Shown here: one piece after another, positions 11,960 to 25,746 of the stretch | Layout: each line of letters begins with the position of its first letter | Position numbering within the stretch: the first letter of the stretch is position 1 | Source of the DNA: Oculina patagonica | Taxonomy: Eukaryota | DNA length: 64,000 bases | Direction: 5' to 3' | NCBI RefSeq assembly: GCF_052425735.1 | Contig: NC_135770.1 | Location: 29,822,001 to 29,886,000, forward strand | The notes under the pieces: generated by a model | Database searches by the model: none | The model's input: only the letters and a program-made list of their open reading frames with translations | Told to the model about the DNA's origin: nothing | Translations under genes and position numbers: made by a program

Positions 11960-12295
11960 ATAATAACCTGAATGCTACGCGCATTTTGATTGGTTCTTAC
12001 TTATGATTTATTAGAGTACAGGCGCATATATGACGTCACGTGGTGGTGTGACTCGCGCGTGTGATCAGAGTTCATAGTTCAAATCAGAGTTTTATTATAT
12101 AAAACAAATAGATTTAATTTTGCCGTGGGTCTGTTCAGTTATAGATCACAGAAGACGCCAAAATGTGGTAAGAACAACAGTGACCCACTTACCTAGCGGC
12201 TCGTAAGCCACTTTTTTTTGTTCTTACCACATTTTGACGTCATCTGTGATCTATAACTGAACAGACGCACCGCAAAATGGAATCTATTTGTTAAA
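11960..12295. mobile_element. Non-autonomous element with long terminal palindrome
   Basis: ~190-bp hairpin aacaaatagatt...gtggtaagaacaa / ttgttcttaccac...aatctatttgtt (12103-12292). Similar architecture at ~47950-48280 and 62903-63820. Confidence 0.6.
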
Positions 12296-12662
12296 TTGAT
12301 ATTTATAGGGCTCTGCAGAATGATTTCTATCCAAAAATTAAGGTTATATCTTCCTTTACATGTTTAAAGATAATGTTTTTTTAATGGGTTTAGTTACCTA
12401 CCACTAATTTCAGAACAGTTTAGGCTAAAAATCTGCAAAATCCCTGTGACATATATAGCTCTTTTAAGTGCTTCACTGTTCTAGTTTGGCACTGAACACA
12501 GTTTAAGAAATTATGCTACAAACACAACCTAATTGGCAGTCTTTAAATGCCATAGGATCTCCACTTCACATATTAGTGATGAAATTTGACCAAAATATTA
12601 TCGGTGCTAGCATGATTTGCTATGCCTTTCTAATGGCAAAAACCCTGATGCAAGATGAACAA

Positions 12663-12770
12663 TAGGCTTGATCTCCAGCCATTTTATGAGCCCATGTTCC
12701 TTGCCCCACACCACACCGTTGGGAGGAGGATGACACACCTGACTTCCAGAACGCCTGGAAATCAAGCCTA
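12663..12770. mobile_element. Short MITE
   Basis: TIR taggcttgatctccag / ctggaaatcaagccta. Confidence 0.55.
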
Positions 12771-12804
12771 GCTCAACATCACATAACTGGGGTTTTTGCT
12801 TGTA

Positions 12805-13556
12805 TCCGGCACATTAGGAAGTATCTGTCTCGTGAGTCCACCGAGAGGCTTGTTCACGCGTTCATCACAAGCAGGCTGGATTATTGTAATAGTTTATTGT
12901 ACGGTGCTCCTGAGCATCAAATTAAGAAACTTCAAAGAGTCATGAATGCCAGTGCACGATTAGTTTACCGCGCACCTAAGTATTGTCACATTACTCCTTT
13001 ACTACGTGAACTCCACTGGTTACCAGTGCGCTTTCGCATAGATTTTAAGATTCTTCTTATTACATTCAAGATACTTCACGGTGTAGCGCCTAGCTATCTT
13101 AAGGACCTAGTCTCTGTCTTACCGGCCTCACATTATCAACTACGCCGTAACAATAGTGGTATATTGTTAGAAAGACCTCAGCTGAAAACGAAAAAGACTT
13201 CGGGAGATCGCGCATTTTTGATAGCTGCCCCATTCTTATGGAACAGTCTTCCTCTGCCAATAAGACAGGAAACATCCATCGAGTCTTTTAAACGTTCTGT
13301 TAAAACATATTTATTTAGAAAGGCTTTTAGTTAGATTTGTTATTCATTTGATTTAATATTGTGATTCTTAAATTTTACTATTTACTACCTTTCACTATTA
13401 CTCTGGAAATTTTAATATGTAAATATTTAATTTTAAATTCATTTTTACTGTGTAACTTTTTTAATTTAGTTTAATAATAATTATTGTAATGCGCTTTTGA
13501 ATATTTTTATAGAAAAAGCGCAATATAAGTATTAAATATTATTATTATTATTATTG
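12805..13556 (+). mobile_element. 5'-truncated LINE (L2/CR1-group), ORF2 3' end plus 3' UTR
   Basis: IRHIRKYLSRESTERLVHAFITSRLDYCNSLLYG...HITPLLRELHWLPV...GDRAF...WNSLP...FKRSVKTYLF (stop 13334), followed by an AT-rich UTR and an (ATT)n tail. Confidence 0.9.
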
Positions 13557-14089
13557 ATTCATAAGGTCAAAAGTAGCATAAAACAACAGTGAGGCGCAAA
13601 GTAATATATGTTCCAAGGCTACTTGTGGCGGTCCAACCTGGAATTAATTTCACACAAGTTCAGCATGTACAATATAGTTGTAATGTATATGGTTTTATTT
13701 CTGTGCAGAGACAAACAAAACAGTTTATTACCTATGAGAATGTTACAATAACTGCATTATTATGTTTTTGTTGCAATTCAGTAATGTGGTGTGATGAATA
13801 CCTGAATCTTACTGTCTGAAAATACATTATTTGAAAGTCTAAAAACCAGAAAGACAGATTTCTTATGTGTACTTGACACCCTTAAACAATGTTATACAAT
13901 TTATCATCACATACTTGGCTGCGATGAATGGATCTAACTTACAAGTATGAACTGAGCAAGTTCTTTTCATACAGTTAAAAATGTAAATTTAGTGACCCTT
14001 TATTATCTTTATTTTAATTTCCTGCTAAAAATTACTGCACACAGCACTGGAAATACATATAATACTTCAAAACTGTAATTTCAGCATGC

Positions 14090-14216
14090 AATGGCCGATT
14101 CCCTCTTTAGCGCATGCCTGCAGGGAATCACGGTAGTTGTATACATCAAACCATGCGTGAGACTCAGCAATGATGCACATTGCTGAGTCTCGTACATGGT
14201 TTGGGAATCGGGTATT
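14090..14216. mobile_element. Internally deleted palindromic MITE
   Basis: Same sequence family as the near-perfect palindrome at 62932-63102. Confidence 0.75.
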
Positions 14217-14903
14217 AAGATACAGTGTATTGAGTAGACATTTTTGTTGCTTCGATCCTAGTGCAGGCTGCAGCCATGTACAAAATGTTTTCTCCTTGAT
14301 TTAACGTTAGACCAATACTGACTTTGACATCACCCATTCCAGACAAATGAGGTAGATTTGCTGGAAACACTAGTTTTAATACACACTTCTCTCCTTTCAA
14401 TGGTGCAACTTGTAACCTAATTTTTTGTTAACACAGCTACAAGGGCAACTGAAAACAATAATTTTTGTTTTATTGCACAATAATCTGCATGTAGCTTTTA
14501 AACAGTCAGCACATGCACATAATAACTGGATTTTAGATAAAGCAACAAGTCTTTGAAGTACTGTAGCTTACTAGTATGTTGCATGTATCTGCTTCTACAG
14601 GGGCAGTAAATAGTAAATTTTAATAAATAAAATAAATTCATTTACACTGACATGAGAAAAAAGTGGTCAGTACTGTATGTATTAAAACATTCCTGACATA
14701 AATTATACAGTGTATGTAATGTAATGTACAGTAGTAGTTACCAACCAAACCTTGAGTGACCATCTAAAAAGTAGACCAAAGGTTGCCTGTGCACACATGT
14801 ATACATGTACAACTGTACATGTAAAGTTGCTTTCAAAGTTAAATTCATCATACAAGAATCCAGTAATGGAATAACCTACATCTCGTACTTGGTCATCAAC
14901 AGA

Positions 14904-17900
14904 CTAGTCAACTACAAGGTCTACCATTTCTATTTCCTCAAACTGTGACTTCATTTCAGTGACCCAGTCTTCATCTTCTATATCCTAAAAGGATGACAAA
15001 GAGAAGTACAGTGTTAGAGAGACTTGCTTACAAGTCGAGCTCACAGAGCGCGAAGAGAGCACACAAAGCGCGGAGCGCAAAAGCGAAGCGCGAGGGCTCG
15101 AGTGCAGAGGTCTACTACCACCAAACTGGAAACGAGAAGCGAACGACTTTTAGAAAGTCTAAGTGTTAGATAGAGGGAAGCACAGTGGTCCATTAAAATC
15201 ATGGTCAGTGCACTGGATTCTGGATGAAGAGGTCTGGGCGTGAACCATGAACAGGGTCATTGTGTTGAATAAGTACCTTGCAGTTAATTTTTGATGTCAG
15301 TTAATTTTTTCTTTAACAACATGTAGCTACTTATTTTTCTAACTAGTTTTTTTAATACTAGGTTAGAAAAAGTAAAACACCCCCTCCCTTGATGTCTCAT
15401 AACACCCCCCCCCCCATCCCCCCCTCACCTACTATCTGCTATTATCCTCCTCCCCTAAGTATTATCATCTATTTTTTTTCTTTTTTTTCTAACCTGCACT
15501 GGATTTGAACTCTCAACCTCTGGAGTTGCTGTCCAACCCCTCATCCACTTTGCCACATAGGAAACATTGGGTGGACCACTATTTTTTATTTTTTGACTCC
15601 AACCCATACCCTAACCCCTACCCTATTGTTTACCTAGTATAAAAAATCAACTAGTTAGAAAAAAAAAAAAAAAAATAACTGAGTTCAAAAATTAACTGCA
15701 ACATGGGCATTATATTATAATTAGTACTCACTGAACTCTAACAGGAATAAATTGCAAAAAAGTAAACCGCTGTTAGGGGGAAGACAAGCATGCAACTTTT
15801 CACGGCAAGCAAAATTTGAGAACTTCTTGTCTGAAGGGCTAGCTGGAATTTAAGATGGTTTCCGCCCAACATTCGAGCAATACAGGCAAAAATAAAGTTA
15901 CCAAAAAGACCTCTTAGCATGGTAGCAGTTTAAGTACAGCTAACAAAATTCTGCCAAAAATTTAGCACTCAAGCTGACCCCACGAGAGAAAAATGGATTT
16001 GAAATTGACAACATTTCAGTTAAAACGGACGTTTCACGCCAGTTCAAACCAAAATGACGCGCGTTTTAAACATTTTTACGAGGTTTGACTTTAATTTTTT
16101 CGAGAATGCTTTCGAATTTAATTACGGGGTTACTTAGACAAATGAATTTCGATAAGATCTTTTAAATAGTATTACAAAATGTTGCCGTGCTATGAGTAGA
16201 TTTTTGGTACTTAATTTTCGCACTCATAATTACTCGAACTTTCAGCGGAATCCGTCTTAAGCTTTCTTCGATCCCTGACTGTCTGATAGTTACCGGTAGT
16301 ACATGTAGTACATGTAGGAATGTGTATGCAATCTAATAGAGAAAGTTAAGGTTAACATCTCACCAAAACTTTGGTTGCTTTCTTCTTCTTCATCTTCTTA
16401 CTTGGTTTTTCAATTGGGACATCAAACACTACAGCTTTTCTCTTTGCAGGCGATATAGAGGTCACAGATGATGTGACAGAAACAGACCCAGGAGAAACAG
16501 GCACAAACTGAGATGGCATCATGGGCTCTCCAACTGGAGAGAAAGGCAAAGGCGAGTCCAAATTATCAAAACCATAGCATGAACTGTATACGGTTCTGTT
16601 TGGCTGCAGGTTTGGTGTAGAGTGGTCTCCTCGTAAAGATGCCAAGCGGGTCTCTAAGAGCTGTCTTTCCAAAGGAATGTTCTGATCCACAATCATTGAT
16701 GATAAGACTCCAGCTTCGGGCTCAGAATCGGCATCATATGGATCTGAATTTTTTTGTTGCACCAAAGACTTTGATTTTCTTTTTTGTGGGGTGCATGCAT
16801 TTTCTTTATCCTAAAAGAAATAAAGAACAAATATTCAACAAGGCACATTTAAAGATCCCCGGGAAGGATTTTGATAATCTCATCTTCATTTAGATTCTCA
16901 CTACCAAAGATCTTTTTAGTACATACCGTATTTATTCGATAAAGCGCCCAACTTCGAATAAGCGCCCACCTTGAATAAGCCCCCACCTCGAATAAGCGCC
17001 CACCTTGAAGGTAGGAAAAGTTAATAAGCACCCAGTCTCGAATAAGCGCCCACCCCCACCCCTCTAAGAAAGTGCACCAGATCTAGAGGAGTATTGATTA
17101 TTATTGAAATTGACTAAGTACTACTAAGAGACTTCCCTGAAGACCGAGTTTTCTTAGTATTTTACAGAAACTTTCAATGAACAGTTAAAATTCAGCTTTG
17201 GTACATCTTCACGTTTTGTTAATTATATATTGTTTTCTTGCAAAATAAACGTACTACTTGCTAAAAATGGTGAAAATTTAATAAGCGCCCAGGGCGCTTA
17301 ATCGAATAAAGTGTGGTTTTCCGCTGGCTGAGGAACGAAAGAGGCGGAAAACGTTTTTCTCCCACACGGCTGGGAGCCTGGGTTCGAGTGTATGGGGGGT
17401 TTCAGGTCACGTGAGACGTTCACGGTTCACTTTGCGTTTGCCATCCACCATTGCCTGACACCCCCCACCCACCCACCCATGGAGTAATTCTAGGGGCAAT
17501 TGAGTTGGTGTTTTCATTAAGGGACCATGTTTCGTTCACTTGATTCAATTCTTTATATTCCTATGTATATTCTTTTGTGAGTCTTTTTTGATTCAGTCAT
17601 TTTTTCTTGATGTATTAGAGTTATTGTTTTAATAAAGGTCAGGCTGCGTGGTTCGGCTTGGCATGGCTCCCAGTTGTGTGTGAGAATATGGTATTTCAAC
17701 ATTTTCACTCTGAACAAAAGAAACATTTGCCTGATGGGCAATTACTACACATAAGTTGAACATGCCACAATTACAACAGTGCTACAGGCCATTGCATTTT
17801 ATATCCACACCACCATGTTGACAAGGTAAGTCAAAATTGACCCCCTAAGAAAAAAGGTCAAAGTGCCGACATAATGCCCCCTTTTTTAAATGCCAACAGA

Positions 17901-19425
17901 TAAAACCCAACTTTTTCCCTAACGTTCAGAAAGATTTAAAAAAAACAACAAAAATACTGACAGAGCTACCCCCTCACAAATGACTTTCACAGCCCCTGCA
18001 GGAAAACTCATCATCAACCCCGGGGGGGGGGGGGTATATAAAATGGAATGGCCCTAAATAAACATACCAGTCTAGTTCTTGAAAGGTGTTGGGCTACTTC
18101 AAGTGTTTCACTAAGTTTTCCTGATTCTGAAGATTCTGTGTCCTCTGCTAGAAGGGGTGACAGTAAAGACACAGTTTGAATCAGAAAAAACATAATTACT
18201 AACTTTTAGTAAATGTAGTTAATTACTCAAAATATAAATATTTTACTTATATTTAGCTTATATCATATAAAAAAGGTAAAAAACAGTTTTAAAAACTGAT
18301 ACATTTTCCTGGCATAAACAGTGGATCATGGGTAGTCTGTAGCCTTAGTTTGCATGTGGATTTAATTTTTTTCTCTAAGATGAAGTTTCTTTAAGACGGA
18401 ATCCACTAGGAAGACGAGTAATATTTATTAAAGTTGGACAAAAATCAAGTACCAGAATAATTTAAATCCTATTGCGTTATTTCCTACCCTTAATAAAAGG
18501 TAAAGATGTAAGTAATTATCCGTGATAACACCAACAACAATTTCTTATCAGAGTCTGAGAAAATGAATTTCAAAGTTCACAAGGTATAGGCAAAATCTCA
18601 CGTGTAGCCATTTTGTAAATTCGTCTTAAGCGATTCAGTGGAATTCAGCGGAACTTCGAAATTTGTTTTCGATGTTTGGTGTTGTTAGAAAAGATTTCTT
18701 TTGATAAGATATTTGAAGCAGTAACAAAAACGTTTGCAATAAGGTGGAAATAATTCTGGTACAACAATTTCTTATCAGAGTCTGAGAAAATGATATTCAA
18801 AGTTCACAAGCTATGGGCAAAAGCTCACATCTTTTAAGCGATTCATGGGAATTCAGTGGAACTTCGAAACTGGTTTTCGATGTTTGGTGTTGTTAGAAAA
18901 GATTTCTTTCGATAAGATATTTGAAGCAGTAACACAAAAGCTTGCAATCAGGTGTAAATAGTTTTGGTACATAAGCTTAATTTTGTCCAATAACTACTCG
19001 AAGTCCTGGCGGATTTCCTCTTAATTTCATTTTGTTACGGTTAAACAACAGAATACAGGGCCACTTTTGAAGACAGGTATATTTGGTGGCTCGTTTGGCT
19101 TGGTAGTCACTGCTGAGCCAAACAAGCCACTAACTCTTCACACCGAATACTTCCACTGCCGAACCAAACGAGCCACCAAATGTATTGAGACCGAAGACTT
19201 CCACTGTCGAGCCAATAAATATACAGACTGAAGCTTCATTTCTCTTTCTTTACATCCACTGCCTACTTCAACATAGTGAAGCAATAATATGACACACTGT
19301 ATTGACTTGACATATATATTATAAAGTTTACGTTTACTATTCCATGAGAGCAAACATGGCGGTAACTCACCTTGTTCGTCGAAGTGTTTAGCTTTCGTTT
19401 TCTTCTTTTTTTTTACAGGAGGCAT
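14904..19425 (-). CDS. CDCA5: Sororin (CDCA5)-like cohesin regulator, 220 aa, 4 exons
   Basis: Exons 19425-19371, 18147-18068, 16810-16364, 14984-14904 (phases 1,0,0; 663 nt). KEN box (DKENACTPQK), STP...SCYGFDNL...SPV (FGF-like motif), Lys-rich patch, and C-terminal sororin motif DWVTEMKSQFEEIEMVDLVVD-stop. Confidence 0.85.
16924..17310. mobile_element. Tc1/mariner (pogo/Tigger-like) MITE, right end damaged
   Basis: TA-CCGTATTTATTCG end with repeated gaataagcgccc motifs. Confidence 0.65.
18391..19024. mobile_element. TTAA-flanked MITE (Kolobok-like) with internal ~227-bp tandem duplication
   Basis: ttaagacggaatcc...ggatttcctcttaa. The block aacaatttcttatcagagtctgagaaaatg occurs at ~18536 and ~18763. 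Related end at ~16245-16260. Confidence 0.65.
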
Positions 19426-19673
19426 TTCCTTAGACACTGTAGAACCAATGCTGATATTTAGCCACGAAAAACTGAGGATTTACCCCATTCTTTAACGGTA
19501 CTTTTCACTTTGAAAATCGCAACAAAACGCAAACAAAAAGCGAACTTCGAAATACGCGCCTCGCGTCCGACAAGAAGTGGAATCCAGTCTTCCTCTCGTT
19601 CCTTCGATTGAGCCTTCGATCCTTTTGTTCAGGGGCTCCCCACCTACCCGATCGACACATCGATCGACACTAT
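19426..19673. promoter_or_regulatory. Bidirectional promoter (sororin / TMEM179-like A) with CDE/CHR-like element
   Basis: Divergent ATGs ~250 bp apart, CpG-rich. Minus strand GGCGC-GTAT-TTCGAA at 19560-19546, plus TTTGAA at 19509-19514. Confidence 0.6.
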
Positions 19674-22600
19674 ATGACCGCTTACATAACCTGTTCGTTA
19701 TGTGGATGTGGTGAAGATGCGATGATGCATGGAAAAAAATATGAAATATCTTGGATTTGGAAAATGGTTTTGAACATCGTTGGTTTCTCCACACATACAT
19801 ACCATGTTCATGTTAGTGAAATTATTCTCTTGATCGTTGCACTCATTTTGGAGGTCTCGTCTTCCTTGTGTCTCTCTGGTGTGAAGACTATTTGTGCCGG
19901 TCAATGTCTGCTCTTCGCAAAGCTTTTTGAGAGATCACGGATTCTTCAGGGCTCTAGTACGACGTGGTGCTATTTGCCGTTGTTGTTTTACTTTGTTGCT
20001 GGTTCAAGCTCGTTATTACTACTCAAGTTTATAAGGGGAGCAAGAAATAGGTGAGTGCTCTGGCCATATTTGTTGAAGTTCAAAAATCTGCTTCTGTCAT
20101 TTTATAGTTAGAAGAGGACTATGGCCATTTCTTAATTTGATTTTGCAATAAAATAATGAAAAACGGGCGATGATATTGTCACGTATACATGTAAAACTAG
20201 CTTCCCAGCTAAAAAGAGAATTAGATCTTTGTGCCATTTGGTTGTAATAAAATATATGTAATATGAAAATGAGTTAAATGAATATTCTATTTTTCACAAC
20301 TGTAGTTCCCGAGGATTACCTAAAATAGACGGCTACCCTAAAATGAAATCATGGACTACTCTAAAATGAAAACTACTACTCAAAACTAGCTACAAAACCA
20401 TAAGCAGGCTAACCTGCAGAGTGCTTTTCAGGCTAACTGGTTAGTTAGAAGAGCACTCCGCATTAGCTTAATTACTGAAGAACCCCTGTTAGTCTGCTTA
20501 CAGTTAGCTCTCAAAAATGGTAATTATAAAGTTGGCGTCAGGCCAACTGCACCATGTTGCCGGAGCTTATCACAGTTTCTGTAGCATTAAGTGACTAGGA
20601 GTGTTTCTACTCCCTCCTGGATGGGATTCTAATCCAATGCAGCATTACACCCAGCATTATAAGTTTGCCAGTACCCATTTATTCACCTGGGTGGAGAAAG
20701 GCACCGCAAGAGTTAAGTGTTTTGCCTCACTGAGAACGCAATGCAGTGACCCAGTCAGGGCTTTCACCCTCACTGGATCACTTAAACCAGAGTCCAGCAT
20801 GTTAATCATTACGTCACCGTACCTAGCTAACTGAATGGTAATCAGGGCCGTAACCAGCAAGAGGCAAGACGAGGCAAGTGCCTCGTCTTGATTTTAACCC
20901 AAAATAAAAAAACAAGATATGTTTAGTTGTGGAAATAATACCCAGATGAACAAGATTGATTTTTTTCAAGAAAAAAACCTTATCAAAAATGTTTAAGAAA
21001 GAGTTTCGGAGCTTCTAGTTTTCCAAATTTTCTTGAGAGCATACCCCCAGAACCTCCTAGGAAGATCTTGCCTCGTCTTTGCCAAAGGTCTGGTTACGGC
21101 CCTGGTAATGGGGATGGTAACATAATATTTGCTTGGAAAATTCCAGATTGGAGTAGAATTTTTCATCGTGGATAGTCAGAACGGCAAATAACACTTGGAC
21201 ATCACACACTGTTTGACCACAATTTGCCAATGTCTGATGAAATTCCAACTGTGTTTGGACAGAATGTCACTTTTGTTTTGTCCGATCAAAATGGTGACTT
21301 AGTCGGATGCATGTCCTTTCAATGGAACAATTTTTTTGCAGCCCCGATAGTCCATTTGAGTAGTCCATTAGGATAGTCTATGGAACTTAGGATCAGTGTT
21401 TTGTCCACATCCCTTTCGATCTGCCGTCGTGAAGGGTTAATAAGTGTCATTTTTTTGTCTATAGGTCACGTGACAACTGCATCAGAGGTCTCTGCCTGGT
21501 GGCTTTTTCTACGCTTTTTGTATTTTTTGCAGCTGCGATAATTTCCTCTGGATTTCATACATTTTGTGACTCATTTGTCGTAAACAGGTATTTTTGCTCT
21601 CATCTTTAACTTGGTACAGTGATATTCTACACCATTTTCATTTTTGTCTTAGCTCGGTGTACCAAATATATTTATAAATTATGCAAGTCAACTTGTATGT
21701 AAAAAGCTGGAGTTGACATGAGTAGTTATATGATGTCATTGTGTGGTGGGATATCAGGGAAGAATTTTTTCTCACTTTTATTAACATTCTATCAAGGTGC
21801 GATATACCCAGGGCTAAAAATTAACTTCAGTGTTTGGTTGCCACTCGGGCCAGTATCCCTGAATTGTTAGTGGCCCAGGCCAAAATAAACTGGCCTGCAA
21901 ATTTTCTCTACTATTAAACACAAAAAAATTTTAAAACCATTTTTATGGGAAAAAACACCCCACGGCTTTTACCTTTAACTAACTAAACCCAGGTGAAAAT
22001 TAAGACGGTCTATTATTTCAAGCAGTGTCGAGTGAGTTCAGTTTGCCGATGTTCATGTTTGAAAGCGTACCAGATAGAACTCTGGGTAAGTCTGGAGTCA
22101 CGTGTCCATAAAATCAAAATGGCATCTACATATTGGAGCGATCTAAAAACTTGATTACGAATGGCTTTGAATTTTGCACTTTCGAACAAAACTTTAAATA
22201 TAATTGATGGACTTAGAGTTGAGGAAAGAAAGAAAAGAAAAGAAAGGTACTTTAAGGAAAGAACAGTTTATTGTTATTGTTACTCTTTTTGTACTTCTCA
22301 AATCGTTGTCACCCTTCGGGTGATCAAACCTCAACTTTTAGTGGCCCTGGACACTTTTTAATCGCCACTGGTGACCGTGCAACCGCCAAGTTTTAACCCT
22401 GATTACCCTTTACCTCCCCTCAGGAAACATGCAAATTCTGATGGAAAAAAAAAATAAGCTAAAAAATTGTTTCCCTTGGGATCATGCCATTCATTAAATG
22501 TTCTTTTGTTCTTTTTGCAGTTGTTCCCATGACCATTTCAAGGCAATGGACTGGAGGAACTTTACTCCAAAGTACAGTGACTGTGGTAGTGCCTATATTC

Positions 22601-23741
22601 TGCTATATTCCGCACAGGTAAATCAAAATGCTATTCTTCAAATAACACGTAAAGAACTTATCATCGAAATTAAGCAATGGCCAACAGTTTTTCCTCAAAT
22701 AACAACAGGGACAGGGGATGGATTATTTTTTTTTTTCAAAAAGGGGCAACTGTTCAAGGGGGAAGGGGGGTGAATATTCAATGGGGGGAGGGGAATGATT
22801 ACCGTAGTCAAGCAGCATGACTACATGTTTTTCAAATACCGTATTTACTCGAATAAGCGCCGCAGCACTTATTAAATTTTTTCGCGCCTCAAGTGCGGCG
22901 CTTATTTGAGGGCGACACTTGCCGGTGTTTAAAATTTGTACACCACAAAGAATCTAATCTTTAACAGTTATCGAAAATAGCGTTTTCTGATTGTCAGTAT
23001 TGGTCACTTGCTAAAGAGAGAAGTGGTGCTAGCTGTCCTGGCAAAGTTCGCGGCCTTCACAACATTTACAGAACTACGTATCAAAAGAATGTTGGATCGA
23101 AAACTCATGGCGATGGGCGAGCAGTAAAACCGTCACTGTGAACTGCAAATCATTGCTTTTGATGAAAAGAAATGTCTAAGTTTTTTCAGAGTCGCTTTGT
23201 AGTGCAGTTTTTAGTAAAACGGAATTCCTCGAATAAGCACCGAATCGGGAATGTGGTGCTTCTTCAGGGGCAGCACTTATTAACTTTTAAGTCCCAAATG
23301 CAGCGCTTATTCAGGGGCGGTGCTTATTCAAGTAAATACAGTATTGCTAGTTGGAAGTTATGCTATAAATGCTTTAGCTAACTGAACATGAGCTTTCAGT
23401 CCATTAAGCTTTCTCAATTTATTTTGGTTTCTTGGCCTGGGAGTCTCTCAGCGTGTCATCTGAGTAAAAATTAAATTGTGTGTGCCAGCAAATTTCCACG
23501 GGTAAATGGACTTCTCTAGTCTATAGTTTACCAGTCTCTAAAAAATGGAAATCAAACAAAATCACCCCCCTAATAAACAAAGAAATAAAAAAATTCCAAA
23601 GTTCTGTTCTGACTAATGACCATTACATTGTGTTTTGCTCATCAGATGTCCGCTTGGTTTGCCTTTGCCCTGCTTTGTGTTGTGTGCATGACTCATGCTA
23701 TACGATTGTTCTCAGGATTACAAGCCAGTTCAACTTCGTGA
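19674..23741 (+). CDS. TMEM179-like 4-TM protein (paralog A), 230 aa
   Basis: Exons 19674-20050, 21465-21587, 22521-22617, 23646-23741 (phases 2,2,0). GQCLLFA, WCY, GFHTFCDS, C..DW..Y..AQMSAW pattern with four hydrophobic segments. Confidence 0.75.
20843..21104. mobile_element. MITE
   Basis: TIR cagggccgtaaccag / ctggttacggccctg; GTAAT on both flanks. Confidence 0.65.
22837..23343. mobile_element. Tc1/mariner (pogo/Tigger-like) MITE
   Basis: TA-flanked TIR ccgtatttactcgaataagc; collinear with 39233-39816. Confidence 0.8.
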
Positions 23742-25746
23742 CAAAGAGTCCTGCAAGTAGGAAAACCAGGGCCGTAGGCAGGGGGTGTGATGGGTGCACC
23801 CGCAAGGCCCCATGGGCCACAAAAGTCCACCTAATAGGGGAGTGAGGGTTAAATTGACTCTCAGAATGCAGGAAATGTGGACTTCAATAAAATTTATTTT
23901 TAACATTTCTAAGGCGAGAATATCCCCCGCCAAGACACTCATGGCCCCAGCGCTCACACAAACCCATGAAAAATACTGCTTACGGCACTGAAAACTGTTA
24001 TCAAAGTACATTGTAAATCTATTTGTTTGGGAAGTAGAACGAATCATGTAAATCACTAAATAGGTAGCGAAATTGTAGGTGTACACATAGAGACAGCTGT
24101 ACATAAGGTACCCATTAAGAGACTGTTAAATGAAGTGGGACACCACTATTAGATGTGCAAATGAACATGGTTCACACTGGCCTTAAAAAATCATTTTGAT
24201 TCATGAAGGTTTATAGTTAACTGTATCAGTAAGTTTGCATGATACATGTCTCGTTTGAGAAGGTACTATGACATAATGTACTATAGCAACTTGATTGAAT
24301 ATTGTGAAATATTATCGTAAGGCTAAGGCTGCCTTTACGTTACAAATAAATAATTTATTTTAATGTTTTTTGTCCAAACACAAAATGTGAGAGAATGAAC
24401 AATACATGACTGTGTGCACCATAAAATTGTGATAAAGCCCACCAAATTTAAGCATTCGTGCAGTACTACCTCCTGCCCAATATTAGCCAATGGGCTTGCA
24501 TGTATACTAATCTAGCTTTCAAAGAAATATTTTATTATTAAATTATAATTAGCCTCCTTTTTTAGAACTTGATTTCTATTTTACATGTTAGGGTGTTGAA
24601 TGGTAAATGCACTGCAAGACTTTGCAAGACGACGAGACTGACATTTCTTTTGCCCTGCAAAAGAAATAGAGACTCTGAGAAGGGGTCAAAGAAAAATTCA
24701 AGACCTCTGAAATTTGGCTAAAATTTTGCGAGACACGCATTTTTTGAAGGACCATTCTCCACCCCTCAGAATGTACATGACTTGGCCATTAATTACACTA
24801 TGCTCAAACTGACTAATAATGATTTTCATTTGACAACATAAACTGCAGAAATTTATTGCTTATCCCTTTTATTTAAGCAGTTAAGTAGAAAATAAATATC
24901 TCCTGTTTTAAAGTAAGTAGGGTAACTTTGCGTAACTGGGAAAAGTAAGACCTCTCAACAGTAAGCGACCACCTTGGGAGGGTTTGTCTGTATATTATAA
25001 TTATTATAGCTTATAAATGAAAAATAATAATATAACAAGGGTCCGACATTGTATTTTTTATGATCAGATTACAATATTAAATGCAGTTTGAATAATTATA
25101 GATTAAAAGATGTGATGATTATGTGTTGATTTTTAATTTTATGCCTGCCAACTTAATATTAACCGATTTGTGAGTTTCGTGCAGTACTATTAACTGGCTG
25201 CCTCACTTAAATGGAAGGTGGGTGCCTGGAGTAGTAGTTATTGTAGCTCAAACGGGGAATGTTTGGCATTTTTGTCGGTGTTTGCGATGCTGTCTACTGT
25301 ACATTTAATAAAAACCCACAAAAACGCTAAAATTCGCCATTTTGAGCTATAAGGACCACAAGGCACAATGATTGGGGTAACTTTATGTTTATTTTGAACA
25401 TAAATGTGAATATTACTCGCTATAGTTCATGCTTATAGGAACGTTTGAACATTTCCCATACATTCCTTTAGACTTTTGAAACATCAACAGTCACTCCATT
25501 TGTGCGGGCTCCCTGTGCCAGAACTTGAAGAGCCTAGCCATGAAAAAGCAGCATTTCTTCCACTTGAGCCTGCACTTGCGAGTTTTACCGCTGGCTGGAA
25601 AAGTCTGCTAATCTAATGTGCCAGATTTAACTTACCGGTAATTTAAATAGTATTTTACTGAACCTTGTCCAGCAAATTTTGCTTATCATAATCTTATGTA
25701 TTATTTTTTATCATTATACAATGTATATTCAATATCTTGACAAATA

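Noticed and set aside
16940-17055. Regularly spaced gaataagcgccc repeats (also 39630-39800) resembling a CRISPR array
   Set aside because: These are subterminal repeats of TA-flanked MITEs; no unique spacers, no cas genes, eukaryotic context.
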